A stretch of 64,000 nucleotides of DNA, taken from Chrysemys picta bellii. Lineage: Eukaryota. Made by a program: the position numbers and the translations under genes. Every line of letters starts with the position of its first letter. Within the stretch, counting starts at the first letter, position 1. The notes below the pieces were generated by a model. The model did no database searches. It was not told the DNA's origin and worked only from the letters and a program-made list of their open reading frames with translations. The stretch spans positions 9,300,001-9,364,000 of the forward strand of contig NC_088813.1 in NCBI RefSeq assembly GCF_011386835.1, read 5' to 3'. Positions 15,028 to 26,589 of this stretch are shown here, in pieces.

Positions 15028-16980
15028 ATGGAGAAGAATTCACCCAAGCCTGCATTGAAACACCCAGCAATTGGTATCGACTTGGGCACCACTAAATCCT
15101 GCGTGGGCCTCTTCCGAGACGGCAAGGTGGAAATAATTGGCAACAACCAGGGCATCCGCACCACGCCCAGCTGCGTGGCCTTCACTGAGACGGGGAGGTT
15201 GATAGGGGATGAGGCAAAGAACCAGGCAGCCCTCAACTCTCCTAACATCATATTCAGTGCCAAGCGCTTGATTGGCCGAACGTCTGAAGACCCTGTTGTG
15301 CAGGCAGATGCGGCGTTCTGGCCCTTCCAGATAGTGAAAGCTGAAGGAAAGCCCCAGGTGCAGGTGTCCTACAAGGGAAAGGAGAAGGTTTTCTACCCAG
15401 AGGAGATTTCTGCCATGGTGCTGGGCAACTTGAAGGAGATGGCTGAGGACTACCTGGGCCATCCCATCACCCATGCCATTGTTACTGTGCCAGCCCACTT
15501 CAATGACTCCCAACGCCAGGCCACCAAAGATGCTGGGGCGATCGCTGGCCTCGAGGTGCTGAGGATCCTCAGTGAGACTACAGCTGCCGCCCTGGCCTAC
15601 AGCCTAGACAACCCTAGCAATGGAGAACACAATGTGCTTATCTTTGACCTGGGCGGAGGAACCTTCAATGTCTCCGTCCTCACCATGGATGGGGGCATCC
15701 TCGAGGTGAAGGCCACCTCTGGGGACACCCATCTGGGAGGGGATGATTTTGACAACTGCCTGGTGAGCTTCTTCATAGACGAATTCCTAAAGAAACATCA
15801 GGAGGACATCAGCAAGGACAGGAGGGCCGTGTGGAGGCTCAGGAGGGCTTGCGAGGCAGCCAAACGCACCCTGTCCTCCAACATCAAAGCCAGTATCGAC
15901 TTGTACTGCCTGTACAAAGGGATCGATTTCCACGCAGACATCACCCGGGCCCAGTTCGAGGAGCTGTGTGCTGACCTCTTCCGAGGGACCCTCAAGCCCG
16001 TGGAGAGGGCGCTGCAGGATGCAAAGCTGAGCCAAGCTCAGATCCATGATGTTGTCCTGGTGGGTGCCTCCACCCGCATCCCCAAGATCCAGGAACTGCT
16101 GCAGGATTTCTTTGGCGGCCGGCAGCTGAACAAAAGCCTCAACCCGGATGAAGCTGTCGCCTATGGGGCAGCTGTTCAAGCCGCCATCCTGATCGGAGAG
16201 AGGTCAGAGGTCACGAGGGGCCTGCTCGCCCTGGATGTGGTGTCCATGTCTCTGGGGATTGAGACGGATGCAGGGAAGATGCACACCCTGATCAGACGCA
16301 ACACTGCCATCCCTGCGGTGGTAACTCGGACCTTCACCACCTTCGATGACCATCAGCCTGACCTGCTCATCCGTGCCTATGAGGGGGAGAGAGCTACTGC
16401 CAAGGAGAACCACCTGCTTGGCCGTTTCCGTTTGAAGGACATTTCCCCTGCCCCCCGTGGCATGGTCTTGGTGGAGGCGACCTTCTATATTAACGCAGAT
16501 GGCATCCTGACTGTGTTTGCCGTGGACAAAGTCGCTGGCAATGCCAACCCCATCACTGTGGATGCCAACAAGGGGCGACTGAGCAGAGAGGAGATACAGA
16601 AGTTAGCGGCGGAGGCTGAGAAATACCGAGCTGAGGACAGGGCACAGAAATGGAAATTGGCCACCAAGAACTACCTTCAGTCCTGCGCTTTCAGCATGAA
16701 GCGGACCTCGGAAGATATCCTTAACTACTTCACCTTGCAGGCCAAGAAGAAGGTGATGGAGAAATGTCAGCTGGCCTTCTCCTGGCTGAGTCCAACTGGA
16801 TGGCTGAAGAGGAGGAGGTCACGCCCTATGAAAATGGTCTCGGGGAACTCCCTCCCAGGACTTAAACGCCTCAGTAACAGCACCACGGGCATCAACAGAA
16901 CAAAACCAAACAAGTTCGTGGTCACCACTTGCAGCTGGACTTTCCAGTTTACCCAAACTACCACTGTGATCTACCCATAG
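15028..16980 (+). CDS. Intronless, divergent HSP70-family protein (cytosolic HSPA-like); C-terminal lid frameshifted, no EEVD; possible pseudogene
   Basis: 650-codon ORF with [63 protein letters not shown] and YEGER motifs. HSP70 homology shifts frame at ~16788. AATAAA at 17102-17107. Confidence 0.85.
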   Translation: MEKNSPKPALKHPAIGIDLGTTKSCVGLFRDGKVEIIGNNQGIRTTPSCVAFTETGRLIGDEAKNQAALNSPNIIFSAKRLIGRTSEDPVVQADAAFWPFQIVKAEGKPQVQVSYKGKEKVFYPEEISAMVLGNLKEMAEDYLGHPITHAIVTVPAHFNDSQRQATKDAGAIAGLEVLRILSETTAAALAYSLDNPSNGEHNVLIFDLGGGTFNVSVLTMDGGILEVKATSGDTHLGGDDFDNCLVSFFIDEFLKKHQEDISKDRRAVWRLRRACEAAKRTLSSNIKASIDLYCLYKGIDFHADITRAQFEELCADLFRGTLKPVERALQDAKLSQAQIHDVVLVGASTRIPKIQELLQDFFGGRQLNKSLNPDEAVAYGAAVQAAILIGERSEVTRGLLALDVVSMSLGIETDAGKMHTLIRRNTAIPAVVTRTFTTFDDHQPDLLIRAYEGERATAKENHLLGRFRLKDISPAPRGMVLVEATFYINADGILTVFAVDKVAGNANPITVDANKGRLSREEIQKLAAEAEKYRAEDRAQKWKLATKNYLQSCAFSMKRTSEDILNYFTLQAKKKVMEKCQLAFSWLSPTGWLKRRRSRPMKMVSGNSLPGLKRLSNSTTGINRTKPNKFVVTTCSWTFQFTQTTTVIYP

Positions 16981-17738
16981 GAAGTCCTAGCAGAGACCAA
17001 GGAAGCTAGGCTGGCTGGTTGCTGTTGATTTACCTGGATTTACCATCTGATAGAGCCAATTCATAAATGGGACCCCTCCATGAATAACAGCCATCGGCCT
17101 CAATAAATTCTGCTTCTCCTACATGTCTGTACAGGTGCATTTACTAATTACTGGGCAAATAGCACGCTCCATGGAGTGTATGCCACAGATGTATTTGGGC
17201 TGCGAGGTTTAAAGGAACCTAAGAGAGTTAGGTGCCAAATCCCATTGAACTTCACTGGGAGTTGGGCACTTAATTTCCTTAAACTCCTCCAAAATACTAG
17301 CCTTGGCGTCACAGTCTGTCAGTTGTATAGGGACTTTTGAACAGGTTTGTGTGTTTAATGTAGAACCTATAGAAAATGTCTCCTTTCCAAAGGATAACCT
17401 AGAAATTTCCAAATTTTAGGGAGAGATTCTAGTCTGTTATGCTAGGGTAAATCTGAAGTGACTCCATTGAACCTAGCAGAGTAAGGAGCAGATTCTGATC
17501 TCAATTACACTGGGGTAAAACTGGAGTAACTCCAGTTAAGTCAAAATGGTTAGGTACAGATTTTGATCCGCTACCCAGATGTAAATCTGTATTGACTCCG
17601 GAGATGCGTATCTTTTCAGATATATCCCCTCTTATTTGTCTCCTCTGTAATCTAAACAGCCTATATCTTTTATAAACTGATTGAGTGTCCAGACCTCCAA
17701 AACAATTCCTTAGCTACTTACCTTTGGATCTCTTCTTT

Positions 17739-18430
17739 ATAAATATATCAGAGGGATAAATATCAGGGAGGGAGAGGAATTATTTAAGCTCAGTACCAAT
17801 GTGGACACAAGCACAAATGGATATAAACTGGCCATTAGGAAGTTTAGACTTGAAATTAGACGAAGGTTTCTAACCATCAGAGGAGTGAAGTTTTGGAACA
17901 GCTTTCCAAGGGGAGCAGTGGAGGCAAAAGTCATATCTGGCTTCAAGACTAAGCTTGATAAGTTTATGGAGGGGATGGTATGATGGGACAGCCTAATTTT
18001 GGCAATTAATTCATCTTTGATTATTAGCAGGTAAATATGCCCAATGGTCTGTGATGGGATGTTAGATGAGGTGGGATCTGAGTTACTACAGAGAATTCTT
18101 TCCTGGGTGCTGGCTGGTGAGTCTTGCCCACATGCTTGGGGTTCAGCTGATCGCCATATTTGGGGTCGGGAAGGAATTTTCCTCCAGAGCAGATTGGCAG
18201 AGGCCCTGGAAGTTTTTCGCCTTCCTCTGCAGCATGGGGCACGGGTCACTTGCTGGAGGATTCTCTGCACCTTGAGGTCTTTAAACCACGATCTGAGGAC
18301 TTCAGTAACTCAGGCATAGGTTAGGGATTTGTTACAGGAGTGGGTGGGTGAGATTCTGTGGCCTGCGTTGTGCAGGAGGTCAGACTAGATGATCATAATG
18401 GTCCCTTCTGACCTTAAAGTCTATAAGTCT
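17739..18430 (+). mobile_element. CR1 LINE 3' end (ORF2 C-terminus + 3' UTR)
   Basis: …TSTNGYKL…FRLEIRRRFLTIRGVKFWNS…LDKFM*; 3' UTR ends agatgatcataatggtcccttctgaccttaaagtctat. Confidence 0.9.
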
Positions 18431-19166
18431 TCAGTTTCTTCTATAATATGCCAAAATTACTAGATGTGGGGAAAATGTTTGCTATGAAAAAGAAAAAAAT
18501 CACCAAAAATTGTCAACTCACCCGTGTGCTCTGTGTCAAATATAAAACTCATACGTTCAAAGACGGGTCGAGATTCATGATCCTCTAAAAGCCCAAATTG
18601 TTTTTTAGTGACTGCAGTCCAGGGACTAAAAGCCCTGGAAATCTGGGTTCCCAGCATACTTTGCAAATACAGCCTGCACTCTGCATTGTTCCTGCAGAGC
18701 CATCATTGCTCTCTGTAGAACATGAATTCAAGCTGGCATCCTGCTGTGAATGAGGAAAGAGCTCATTTCAGAATCATCCCAGCAAATGGTAAAATAACGG
18801 AAAGCGGTCTAACAGCGCGTGAAACATGGCAAGGAAATGCTATGCTGCCCTCTGCTGGGCGGATCCATCTCTCAAGTGGTGAAGGCCTGTTCTTTAAAGG
18901 AGGAAGATGGGCTGAGGAATGACCCTGGTGTCGTCTGCTCTAAATGACAGCCCTCTACTGCTTGAACTACATGAAAATTCTTAAAGCTGGTAAAAATAGA
19001 AGGTCACATAGGCCTTGTCAGTGCACAAATTGTACTATACCAATGCAGTTCAAATGATATAATCCCTGCTCACCTCCAGTGTGGATGCAGTTATACCAGC
19101 ATAAAGGTGTTTTATACTAGTTGAGTTTATTCCTCTTCGGCAAGAGGAATACTTTTCTGGTAGAAA

Positions 19167-19333
19167 GAAGAACAGGAGGACTTGTGGCACCTTAGAGACT
19201 AACAAATTTATTAGAGCATAAGCTTTCGTGGACTACAGCCCACTTCTTCGGATGCATATAGAATGGAACATATATTGAGGAGATATATATACACACAAAC
19301 AGAGAGCATAAACAGGTGGGAGTTGAAAAAAAA
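19167..19333. mobile_element. Penelope-derived insertion (minus-strand CCGAAGA hammerhead variant)
   Basis: Same family as 11876; TSD ctggtagaaa at 19157-19166 and 19334-19343. Confidence 0.8.
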
Positions 19334-20038
19334 CTGGTAGAAATACACTTATGCCTACTTCTACATTAGAGGTTGTACTGATAGAACGATCAGTTAAAAA
19401 CATATCTCTAACTAGGGAAATACAAAAACTGTTTAGACCAGGCCTTAGTCTTTCTCTGGGGCCATTTGGTCTGGTGTCCAGGAGGACACAGGACAGGTTA
19501 TGGACTAACCAGCAGATGAGAGCTAGTTCAGGGTTCTTGATGGAGACAAGGGGCTGGGATACCTCCATCCAGAGATTAACGCCAGAAGAAAGGCAGGTCT
19601 TTCTCCATGAAGAAGAGGAAAGGAGTCAGCTGTCACAGTTCCTGAGATAACTGAACCTGTGACTGGAACAGAGCAGATAACTGATTTTTTTTAGTTTGGG
19701 GTTTGAACCCAAAAATCCAGGTGTGAAAAAAAAAGTTTGGTTTGCTTTGAACCTTTTTCATTTAGGGTGTTTTTCACCCTTTTTAAAAATTTCTTTTTTT
19801 AAAAAAAATCTGAATTTCAAAACGAAGCGCTGTTTTGAAATTAAAAGTTGCATTTAGTTTTAAAATGGCAGAAATAAACCATTTAGATGTTTTCAGCTCT
19901 TTTCCGGCCAAAACTATTTGCTGAATTCAACCTGAATTTGTGATGAGTTTCAGTGTCCTAAAAATGTATATATTGGTGTATTTACTATTCATTGAAAATG
20001 TAATCTACTTCTGACCCCTTTGTGGCCTCCTTGAGGGC

Positions 20039-21015
20039 TGTGATGCTGGCAGACCAGGTCATGTCAGAGGGTATTGAGGCCAATTCATATTTGTATGAGT
20101 ATAGATCAAAGTGATTGTTAAATGGGTAAGTGTATAGGGACTTTAAACTTCATGAAAACGAGTGGAATGTTACTTGCATTGTTTCCACTTATTTGTATCC
20201 TGTTGCAATGCAATAACATTTATGATGTGTATACCCCTGTAACTAAATAACCCATCAAATGCAAATGAAGCTTTGTGGAATGCAAATGAAGGAAAGGCTA
20301 ATTTCAAAGCAAATGGCCGTTCCTCACTCACCTTTATCAAAGGAAAAGCCACATGAGTAGTGTCTCTGTCAGCTTGTTTTCTGTGAGAAAAAGCTTGAAA
20401 GATGGATTCTGGGAAAGATCCCTCAGCTCTGGACCGTATGGACTCTTACAGGGAAGCATACCAGATAAAAGGCGGAGATCCCCTGAGAGAGTCTGGGTAC
20501 CCCGACCAGACTTTTGGGAAACTGGCAGTTTATTACATCACTGCCATCATTTGGAATTACAAATGGTGATTCACCTGTACATATATTTTACCTGCTTTAA
20601 CATCTCAATAACGCTCATTTCTTTTTCTTAGCTAATAAATCTTTAGTTAGTTTACTACAGAATTGACTATTAGCGTTGTCTTTGGTGTATGATCTGAGTA
20701 CAGTACCAATTGTTCTAGGGTAAGTGACCGGTCTCTTGGGACTCAGAGCAACTTGATGTGGTGTGAATTTTGGTTTAAGTGACCATTATCACCAAGTTTG
20801 GTTTGTCTGGGTGACCAGAGAGGCTGGACAATCAAGGGGACAGTCTGTGACTCCATGCTAAGACTGGGATAGTGATCCGGGAACTCACATTTGTTACTGG
20901 TTTGGTGAAATCTGATTATAGAAGACACCGCCAGGTAGGGGTGTCTGCCCCGTTTTTTGACAGTCTGCCCTAAGGTTGGCACTCACAGTTGTGAGCCACT
21001 AGAGACAGCGTGACA
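20039..21015 (+). mobile_element. Solo LTR
   Basis: TGTGA…TGACA termini; flanks agggc/agggt (5-bp TSD with one mismatch); internal AATAAA at ~20634. Confidence 0.75.
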
Positions 21016-21262
21016 AGGGTGTCCCATTTAGTCCTCAGGCCTCTAGCCATCACCTTTTTCCAGGTGTGATCCCACAATCCACTCCCTCCAGATGGAGCAC
21101 GGAGTTGCGGAAACCTGCAATTCACTGTAATCACCTCAACAGGCCTGACTTTAATTCAGCCCCTGCAGTCCCGTTCTCTCAGGGGCAGTGACAAGGTCAG
21201 CCAGGGACCAGCCAGCTCTCCTAGAACAAAGTACTGTTGATTCAGAAGCATTTCAGAGAAAG

Positions 21263-21405
21263 GTTTCAGAGTAGCAGCCGTGTTAGTCTGTATCCGCAAA
21301 AAGAACAGGAGTACTTGTGGCACCTTAGAGACTAACAAAATTTATTAGAGCATAAGCTTTCGTGGACTACAGCCCACTTCAGGTGCCACAAGTACTCCTG
21401 TTCTT
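21263..21405. mobile_element. Penelope-derived short inverted-repeat insertion (ribozyme core deleted)
   Basis: Perfect 13-bp TSD atttcagagaaag at 21250-21262 and 21406-21418. Confidence 0.85.
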
Positions 21406-21934
21406 ATTTCAGAGAAAGTAGATGATGATTTCAGAGAAAACATACCAGGAAACCAAGCATTTATTTGCAGGTCTAGCTTACCAGGCAGTGGCACATCTTC
21501 CCCATTGGGATTAAAATACTTCAGACCCTTTCTGCAGCGTCTGTCTCTCTTGATCACAGTTTCATGTTGGTCCTTAGCTCAAATCTAAGAGTCCCCCCAC
21601 TGTCTGCGTCAGGGTGGTGGTTTTATACCGTTTTCAGTTCTTTGTTTGCCAGGCCATTTGAGTGTATCTATGCAACTTTGCGAGGACCAAACTTTTCCAG
21701 ACTTGTAACTTGCCTTAGGGATTGGCATTATTCTTCCACGGCCCCCCAGGGAAACCTTGTAACTCCCCCATTGAATTAGGAATCTAATCGCTAGCCAATA
21801 AAGATACATGTAACATCAAGTTGATGCAATAGATTTTGGTGATTCCATGTGTCCATAGTATCTGTCACATCAGGCCATGGGCGCGCACGAGCACCATGTG
21901 TCCTTCCCAGACCAGCTGAATCTGGACCTGGCTG

Positions 21935-22058
21935 TAGGGTGACCAGATGTCCCAATTTTATAGGGACAGTCCCTATTTTGGGGGCTTTTTCTTATATAGG
22001 CACCTGTTAACCCCCACCACCTGTCCTGATTTTTCACACTTGCCCTCTGGTCACTCTA
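21935..22058. mobile_element. hAT (Tip100-like) MITE
   Basis: TIR tagggtgacc / ggtcactcta; perfect 8-bp TSD cctggctg. Confidence 0.88.
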
Positions 22059-22191
22059 CCTGGCTGTCTGTCTGGTTTGGAGTTGTCTTGGGATGGTTGT
22101 GTGGAGCCCACCATGTGCCTCCCTGTCTCCGGCTCTTACAGCCCACAGGTGCAATGAAGCCAGGTGGAAAAGAGCTGGGATCCAGGGTCAG

Positions 22192-22390
22192 GAGAGAATC
22201 ATAGATGACCGTGTAGGACTGGAAGGGACATCAAAAGGTCATCAGATCCAGTCTCCTGCACTCAAGGAAGCACTATGTAATAACTAGACCATCCCTGACA
22301 GGTGTTTGTCTAACCTGTTCTTAAAAACCTCCAATGATGGAGACTCCACAACCTCTCTAGGCAATTTACTCCAGTGCTTAGCCACCCTGA
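22192..22390 (-). mobile_element. CR1 3' fragment
   Basis: gaatcataga…ggactggaagggac…ggagactccacaacctctctaggcaatttactccagtg. Confidence 0.8.
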
Positions 22391-22875
22391 GAGAGCTTAC
22401 TTCAGCACAGCTCTACGTCCAGTCTCCAGTCATCGGACAAAAAGGGGGGTTAGTGGATTAACGATCGTTGTAATAAACCATAAATCCAGTGACTTTGAAT
22501 CCGTGATTTTTAATGGCTAGCGAAGTTATGAATGGGAGCTTCAATTCATAATGTTGTCCTATGACTGTAGAGGTGTTAACTGGCCACTTCCCCTTGACTG
22601 GTCCCTTGAAATAGGAGTTAGCTACTTCTGCTAAACAATCTATTCCGCCTTGTATTTAGCTGACACACCCTGAGTACCTTTCCCAGAGTTCTGAGTAAGC
22701 TGGAAAGCTGGTCTCTCTCACCAATAGCCAGCCAAGTCCAATAAAAGATGTTCCGTCCCTGCCCCCCGCCTTGTCTTTCTTCTCCAGCTCCGCGGTGGAC
22801 AAAAGGCACCTGTGTCAATAATGTCATCTGATGCCTGTGGAAAAGAAAAGCCATTAGTGAAAGTGACCCTGCAGC

Positions 22876-23297
22876 CAATGTTCCCTCTCATTTTTCCCAT
22901 CTATGTGCGGAATGAAGGTTATGTGCACCAACATGGAGGCGATGTGTAGTGGGGGTGGGGCCGAGGGGGTTGGGGTGCGGGAGGAGGCTTAGGGCTGGGA
23001 CGGAGGGCTGGGATGCAGGGGGGGGGGTAAGGACTCTGGCTGGGGGTGCAGGCTCTGGTATGGGGCTGGGGATGAGGGGTTTGGGGTGCAGGTGCCCGGG
23101 GCTGCAGCAGGGAGAGAGGACCCCCTCCAGCCCTCTCCCCACCTGCAGGAGCCCTGGGGGAGAGATGTCTCTCCTCTCTGCGCTGCTGCTGCCCCGGGGC
23201 TGGGGGAGTCGCCGAAGCTCGGCACGCCCCAAGCTTGCCTCTCACCCCACGCCTCTGAGTGCAGTGTGCACGGCTGCGCACCTTGGAGGGAACATAG
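22876..23297. mobile_element. hAT non-autonomous element (GC-rich interior)
   Basis: TIR caatgttccctct / ggagggaacatag; perfect 8-bp TSD cctgcagc. Confidence 0.85.
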
Positions 23298-23369
23298 CCT
23301 GCAGCGATAGCATGATGGGCTGCCTGTGCATCATCATCCCAGCGACTCCATATCACGGGGATGCTGTTA

Positions 23370-23493
23370 TAGGGTGACCACATGTCCCGACTTTATAGGG
23401 ACAGTCCAGATTTTTGGGTCTTTTTCTTATATAGGATCCTATTACCCCCCACCTCCTGTCCCGATTTTTCACATTTGCTGTCTGGTCACCTTA
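23370..23493. mobile_element. hAT (Tip100-like) MITE, second copy
   Basis: Homologous to 21935-22058; degenerate TSD tgctgtta/cgctgttt. Confidence 0.8.
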
Positions 23494-23948
23494 CGCTGTT
23501 TACAAGTATCACAATGATTTCCCCCCCCCCCAAACTGCAGGTTCCCCCAGAAGTTTGTCTGCAGAGAAGGGGGGCTCTCAGCTGCCAACACTGGGGCTGG
23601 AGGGGCAGCTCCCACTGCTGAGTGGGGAGGCAGCTTTTGCACCCATTTATGGAGCCCCCACCCCCACTGTGGTTAGGGTGTCCAGCTCTGGGGGGGAGGA
23701 CAGGGGGATGGACTGTCATGGGAGCAAATGTACTGATGTGGGAGGGTAAAAGTTTGCAGGATCAGGTGCAAAAGGGGGAAGTGGAAGTACCCCAATGCTG
23801 CCAGGTACAAAGGGAACAAACTGGAAGTAATGGGGGTAGGGAGGAGATGTTCTCTCCCAGTGCTAGTGACTGTGGCTTGTACCATAGGAGGGGAAATTTT
23901 TGTAAGTAGACGGGTGCCTTTTAAATGGGTGAGGTTCCTTTAAGCCTA

Positions 23949-24022
23949 AGTTTCAGTTTCCTGGACTCATTTATTTCCTTCTAGCGGAAAGTGAAGAGCC
24001 TGTCGACAAGAGAAACGAAACT
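23949..24022 (+). promoter_or_regulatory. Interferon-responsive element cluster (ISRE + IRF-E + ISRE) of IFI6
   Basis: AGTTTCAGTTTCC 23949-23961, GGAAAGTGAA 23986-23995 and GAGAAACGAAACT 24010-24022, followed by TATA-like GATAAAAA at 24089-24096. Confidence 0.8.
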
Positions 24023-24119
24023 GGGAGAGATTAAACGAACAGCAGCAGGGGAAGAGCTTGGGTGAAGGGGTGGAGACAAAGGGATGGGGATAAAAAGGGG
24101 CAGCTGGCTGGGTTGGGTC

Positions 24120-24189
24120 CTCTAGCAGCTACATCCGGATCTGCAGGGAGGCTGCTTGTCCTCGGCTCCACTGGGTACAGCTGTGCAAG
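24120..24189 (+). other. IFI6: Putative non-coding exon 1 of IFI6 (start approximate)
   Basis: About 30 nt downstream of the TATA-like box; ends at donor CAAG|GTAAAA; next acceptor at 26482|26483. Mirrors the non-coding first exon of mammalian IFI6. Confidence 0.6.
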
Positions 24190-24255
24190 GTAAAAAGGAG
24201 GCGCAAGGTGTCTGCTCTGTAACGGGGTAAATGCAAGGTCATTGCATTGAGCTGG

Positions 24256-24279
24256 AGAGAGAGAGAGAGAGAGAGAGAG
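24256..24279. repeat. (GA)n microsatellite
   Basis: About 12 GA units in IFI6 intron 1. Confidence 0.9.
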
Positions 24280-24344
24280 ACACTCTGGCTTGAGCAGGGA
24301 ATTTAGGATTTTAAACTCGTAGGAGTGACGTTTGGGGTTGGGAA

Positions 24345-26030
24345 GGAATTTTCCCCTAGGTCAGGTTGGCAGAGACCCTGGGTTTGTTTGGTTTTTTCCC
24401 CCCCTTCCTCTGCAGCATGGGGCATGGGTCACTTGCAGGTTCAAACTTGCATAAATGGTGGCTTCTCTGTAACTTGAAGTTTTTAAATCATGATTGGAGC
24501 ACTTCAATAACCCAGCCAGAGGTTGGGGGATCTGGCCCATTACAGGAGTGGGTGGGTGAGGTTCTGTCACCTGCAACGTGCTGGAGGTCAGACCAGATCA
24601 GTGGTTCTCAAATAAGGGTATGGGTGCTCGAGGTATTCCAGGGGGCACTCAATCATCTAGATCAATGTTTCTCAACTGGAGGGATGCAGTCCCCAGGGCA
24701 GGGGTGGGCAAACTTTTTGTGTCGAGGGCCACATCTGGGTGGGGAAATTGTATGCAGGGCTGGGGCAGGGGGGTGGTGTGCGTGAGGGAGTGTGGGATGT
24801 GGGAGGGGGTGCTGTGTGCAGGAAGGGGCTCAGGGCAAGGGATTGGAGCGGAGGAGGGGTGCGGGGCATATGAGGGGGCTCAGGGAAGGGGGTTGGGGTG
24901 CTGGAGGGGTGTGAGGTGCAGGCAGGGGGCTCAGGGAAGGGGGTTGGGGTGCAGGAGGGATGCAGGGTGCAGCAGGTGGCTTGGTGCAGGGTGTATGAGG
25001 GGGCTCAGGGAACAGGGTTGGGGTGCAAGAGGGGTACAGACTGCGGGAGGGGGCTTAGGGCAGGGGGTTGGGGTGCAGGAGGGGTGTGAAGTGCAGGCAG
25101 GGGGCTTATGGCAGGGAGTTGGGGTGGGGTGCAGGAGGGGTTCAGGCTCTGGCCAACTTACCTCAAGCGGCTCTGGCATGGCAGTGGCATGCACCGGGGC
25201 CAGGGCAGGTTACCTGCATGCCTGTCCTGTCCCCTGCCCCACGCTGCTCCAGGAAGCGTTGCAGTCCCTCAGGGCTTGTGGGGGGTGAAGAGCTCCATGT
25301 GCGCTGTCCTTGCCGCGCCTCCAGGTACCTCCCCTGAAGCTCCCATTGGCCGCGGTTCCCCGTTCCTGGCCAATGGGAGCTGTGGGGGGTGTGTGCCTGG
25401 AGGCAAGGGCAATGCACAGAGCCCTCTGCCCCCCCCACCCGGGGGCCACTTCTGAGAGCGGCGTGGGGCCCGCGGCGCCATAGGGGGCAAACCCGTGGGC
25501 TGGATCCAAGGTGCTGAGGGGCCAGATCTCACCCGTGGGCTGTAGTTTACCCAACCCTGAGCTGGGGGCGGGGGGTCACGGGACAGGTTTTGGGGAGTTG
25601 CAAGTTCAGGGCTGGCATTAGGGGGTGGCAAGCAGGGCAGTTGTCCCGCGTTCCATGCCACAGGGGACCCCGTGAAGCTAAGTTACATGCTTCAGCCCCC
25701 TGCCTGGGGCACAGGCTTCCGACAAGGCTCAGGCGTGACAAACAGGCTCAAGTATCACCCTGAAATGTACGTACAATATTTCTATCCCAGTCGATTTATT
25801 TTACTATTGTATGGTAAAAATGAGTCGGCAATGTGTCAGTAACAGTGTGGCTGTGACGCTTCTGTCTTTTTATGTCTGATTTTACAAGCAAATAGTTTTT
25901 AAGTGGAGGTGAAAAGTGGGGTGCACAAGACAAATCCGCCTCCTAAAAGGGGCACAGGAGTCTGGAAAGGTTGAGCCCCGCTGGACTAGCTGATCACGAT
26001 GGTCCCTTCTGACCTTGAAGACTATGAGAC
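24345..26030 (+). mobile_element. CR1 3' UTR interrupted by nested hAT elements
   Basis: CR1 UTR runs 24345-24598 and resumes at 25984-26030. Outer hAT 24599-25983 (cagtggttctcaa / ttgagccccgctg; TSD gaccagat/gactagct). Inner hAT 24699-25559 (caggggtgggcaaact / agtttacccaaccctg). Confidence 0.72.
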
Positions 26031-26132
26031 ATGAGCCTGGCTCATAATGCCCAGCCCCCAATCCTGGGGAATAGACTGCTTGTTCTTCCAGTGTGTTCGT
26101 GGAAGAGGTGAGAGCTTGAGAACCCTTTGGGG

Positions 26133-26347
26133 AAGCAACAGAGGGTCCTGTGGCACCTTTAAGACTAACAGAAGTATTGGGAGCATAAGCTTTCGTGGGT
26201 AAGAACCTCACTTCTTCAGATGCATCAGAAGTGAGGTTCTTACCCACGAAAGCTTATGCTCTCAATACTTCTGTTAGTCTTAAAGGTGCCACAGGACCCT
26301 CTGTTGCTTTTTACAGATTCAGACTAACACGGCTACCCCTCTGATAC
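26133..26347. mobile_element. Penelope-derived inverted-repeat insertion (second subfamily)
   Basis: TSD cctttgggg; intact CTGAAGA…GAAA hammerhead on the minus strand at 26183-26223. Confidence 0.85.
26183..26223 (-). ncRNA. Minimal type-I hammerhead ribozyme motif (Penelope-type)
   Basis: Its reverse complement is identical to the 56724-56764 motif. Confidence 0.6.
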
Positions 26348-26516
26348 CTTTGGGGGAGGTTAGCGTTTACCGGTCATCTCCAGCAGAGGGCAGTGGTGCG
26401 CACACACCTCCCTCCCCTAATTGACTGGCAGGCAGCGGAATGGTAACAGGGCGGAGGGCTGGTGTCACTTTTGTACCTGCAGGTGCCTCAGAGGAAGACA
26501 ACCCCCTTCGGGCGCC

Positions 26517-26589
26517 ATGTGGCGGCAATCTCAGCTTCTCTTCCTGCTGTGTCTGGTTCTGTCCAGCGGCTCTGCTGACAAGTTTACAG
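26517..26589 (+). CDS. IFI6: IFI6 first coding exon (MWRQSQLLFLLCLVLSSGSADKFT)
   Basis: gccATG Kozak context; hydrophobic leader; ACAG|GT donor. Confidence 0.8.

Noticed and set aside
15040-16667. Several minus-strand ORFs over the HSP70 gene
   Set aside because: Antisense shadows of a GC3-rich coding sequence, well known for HSP70 genes.
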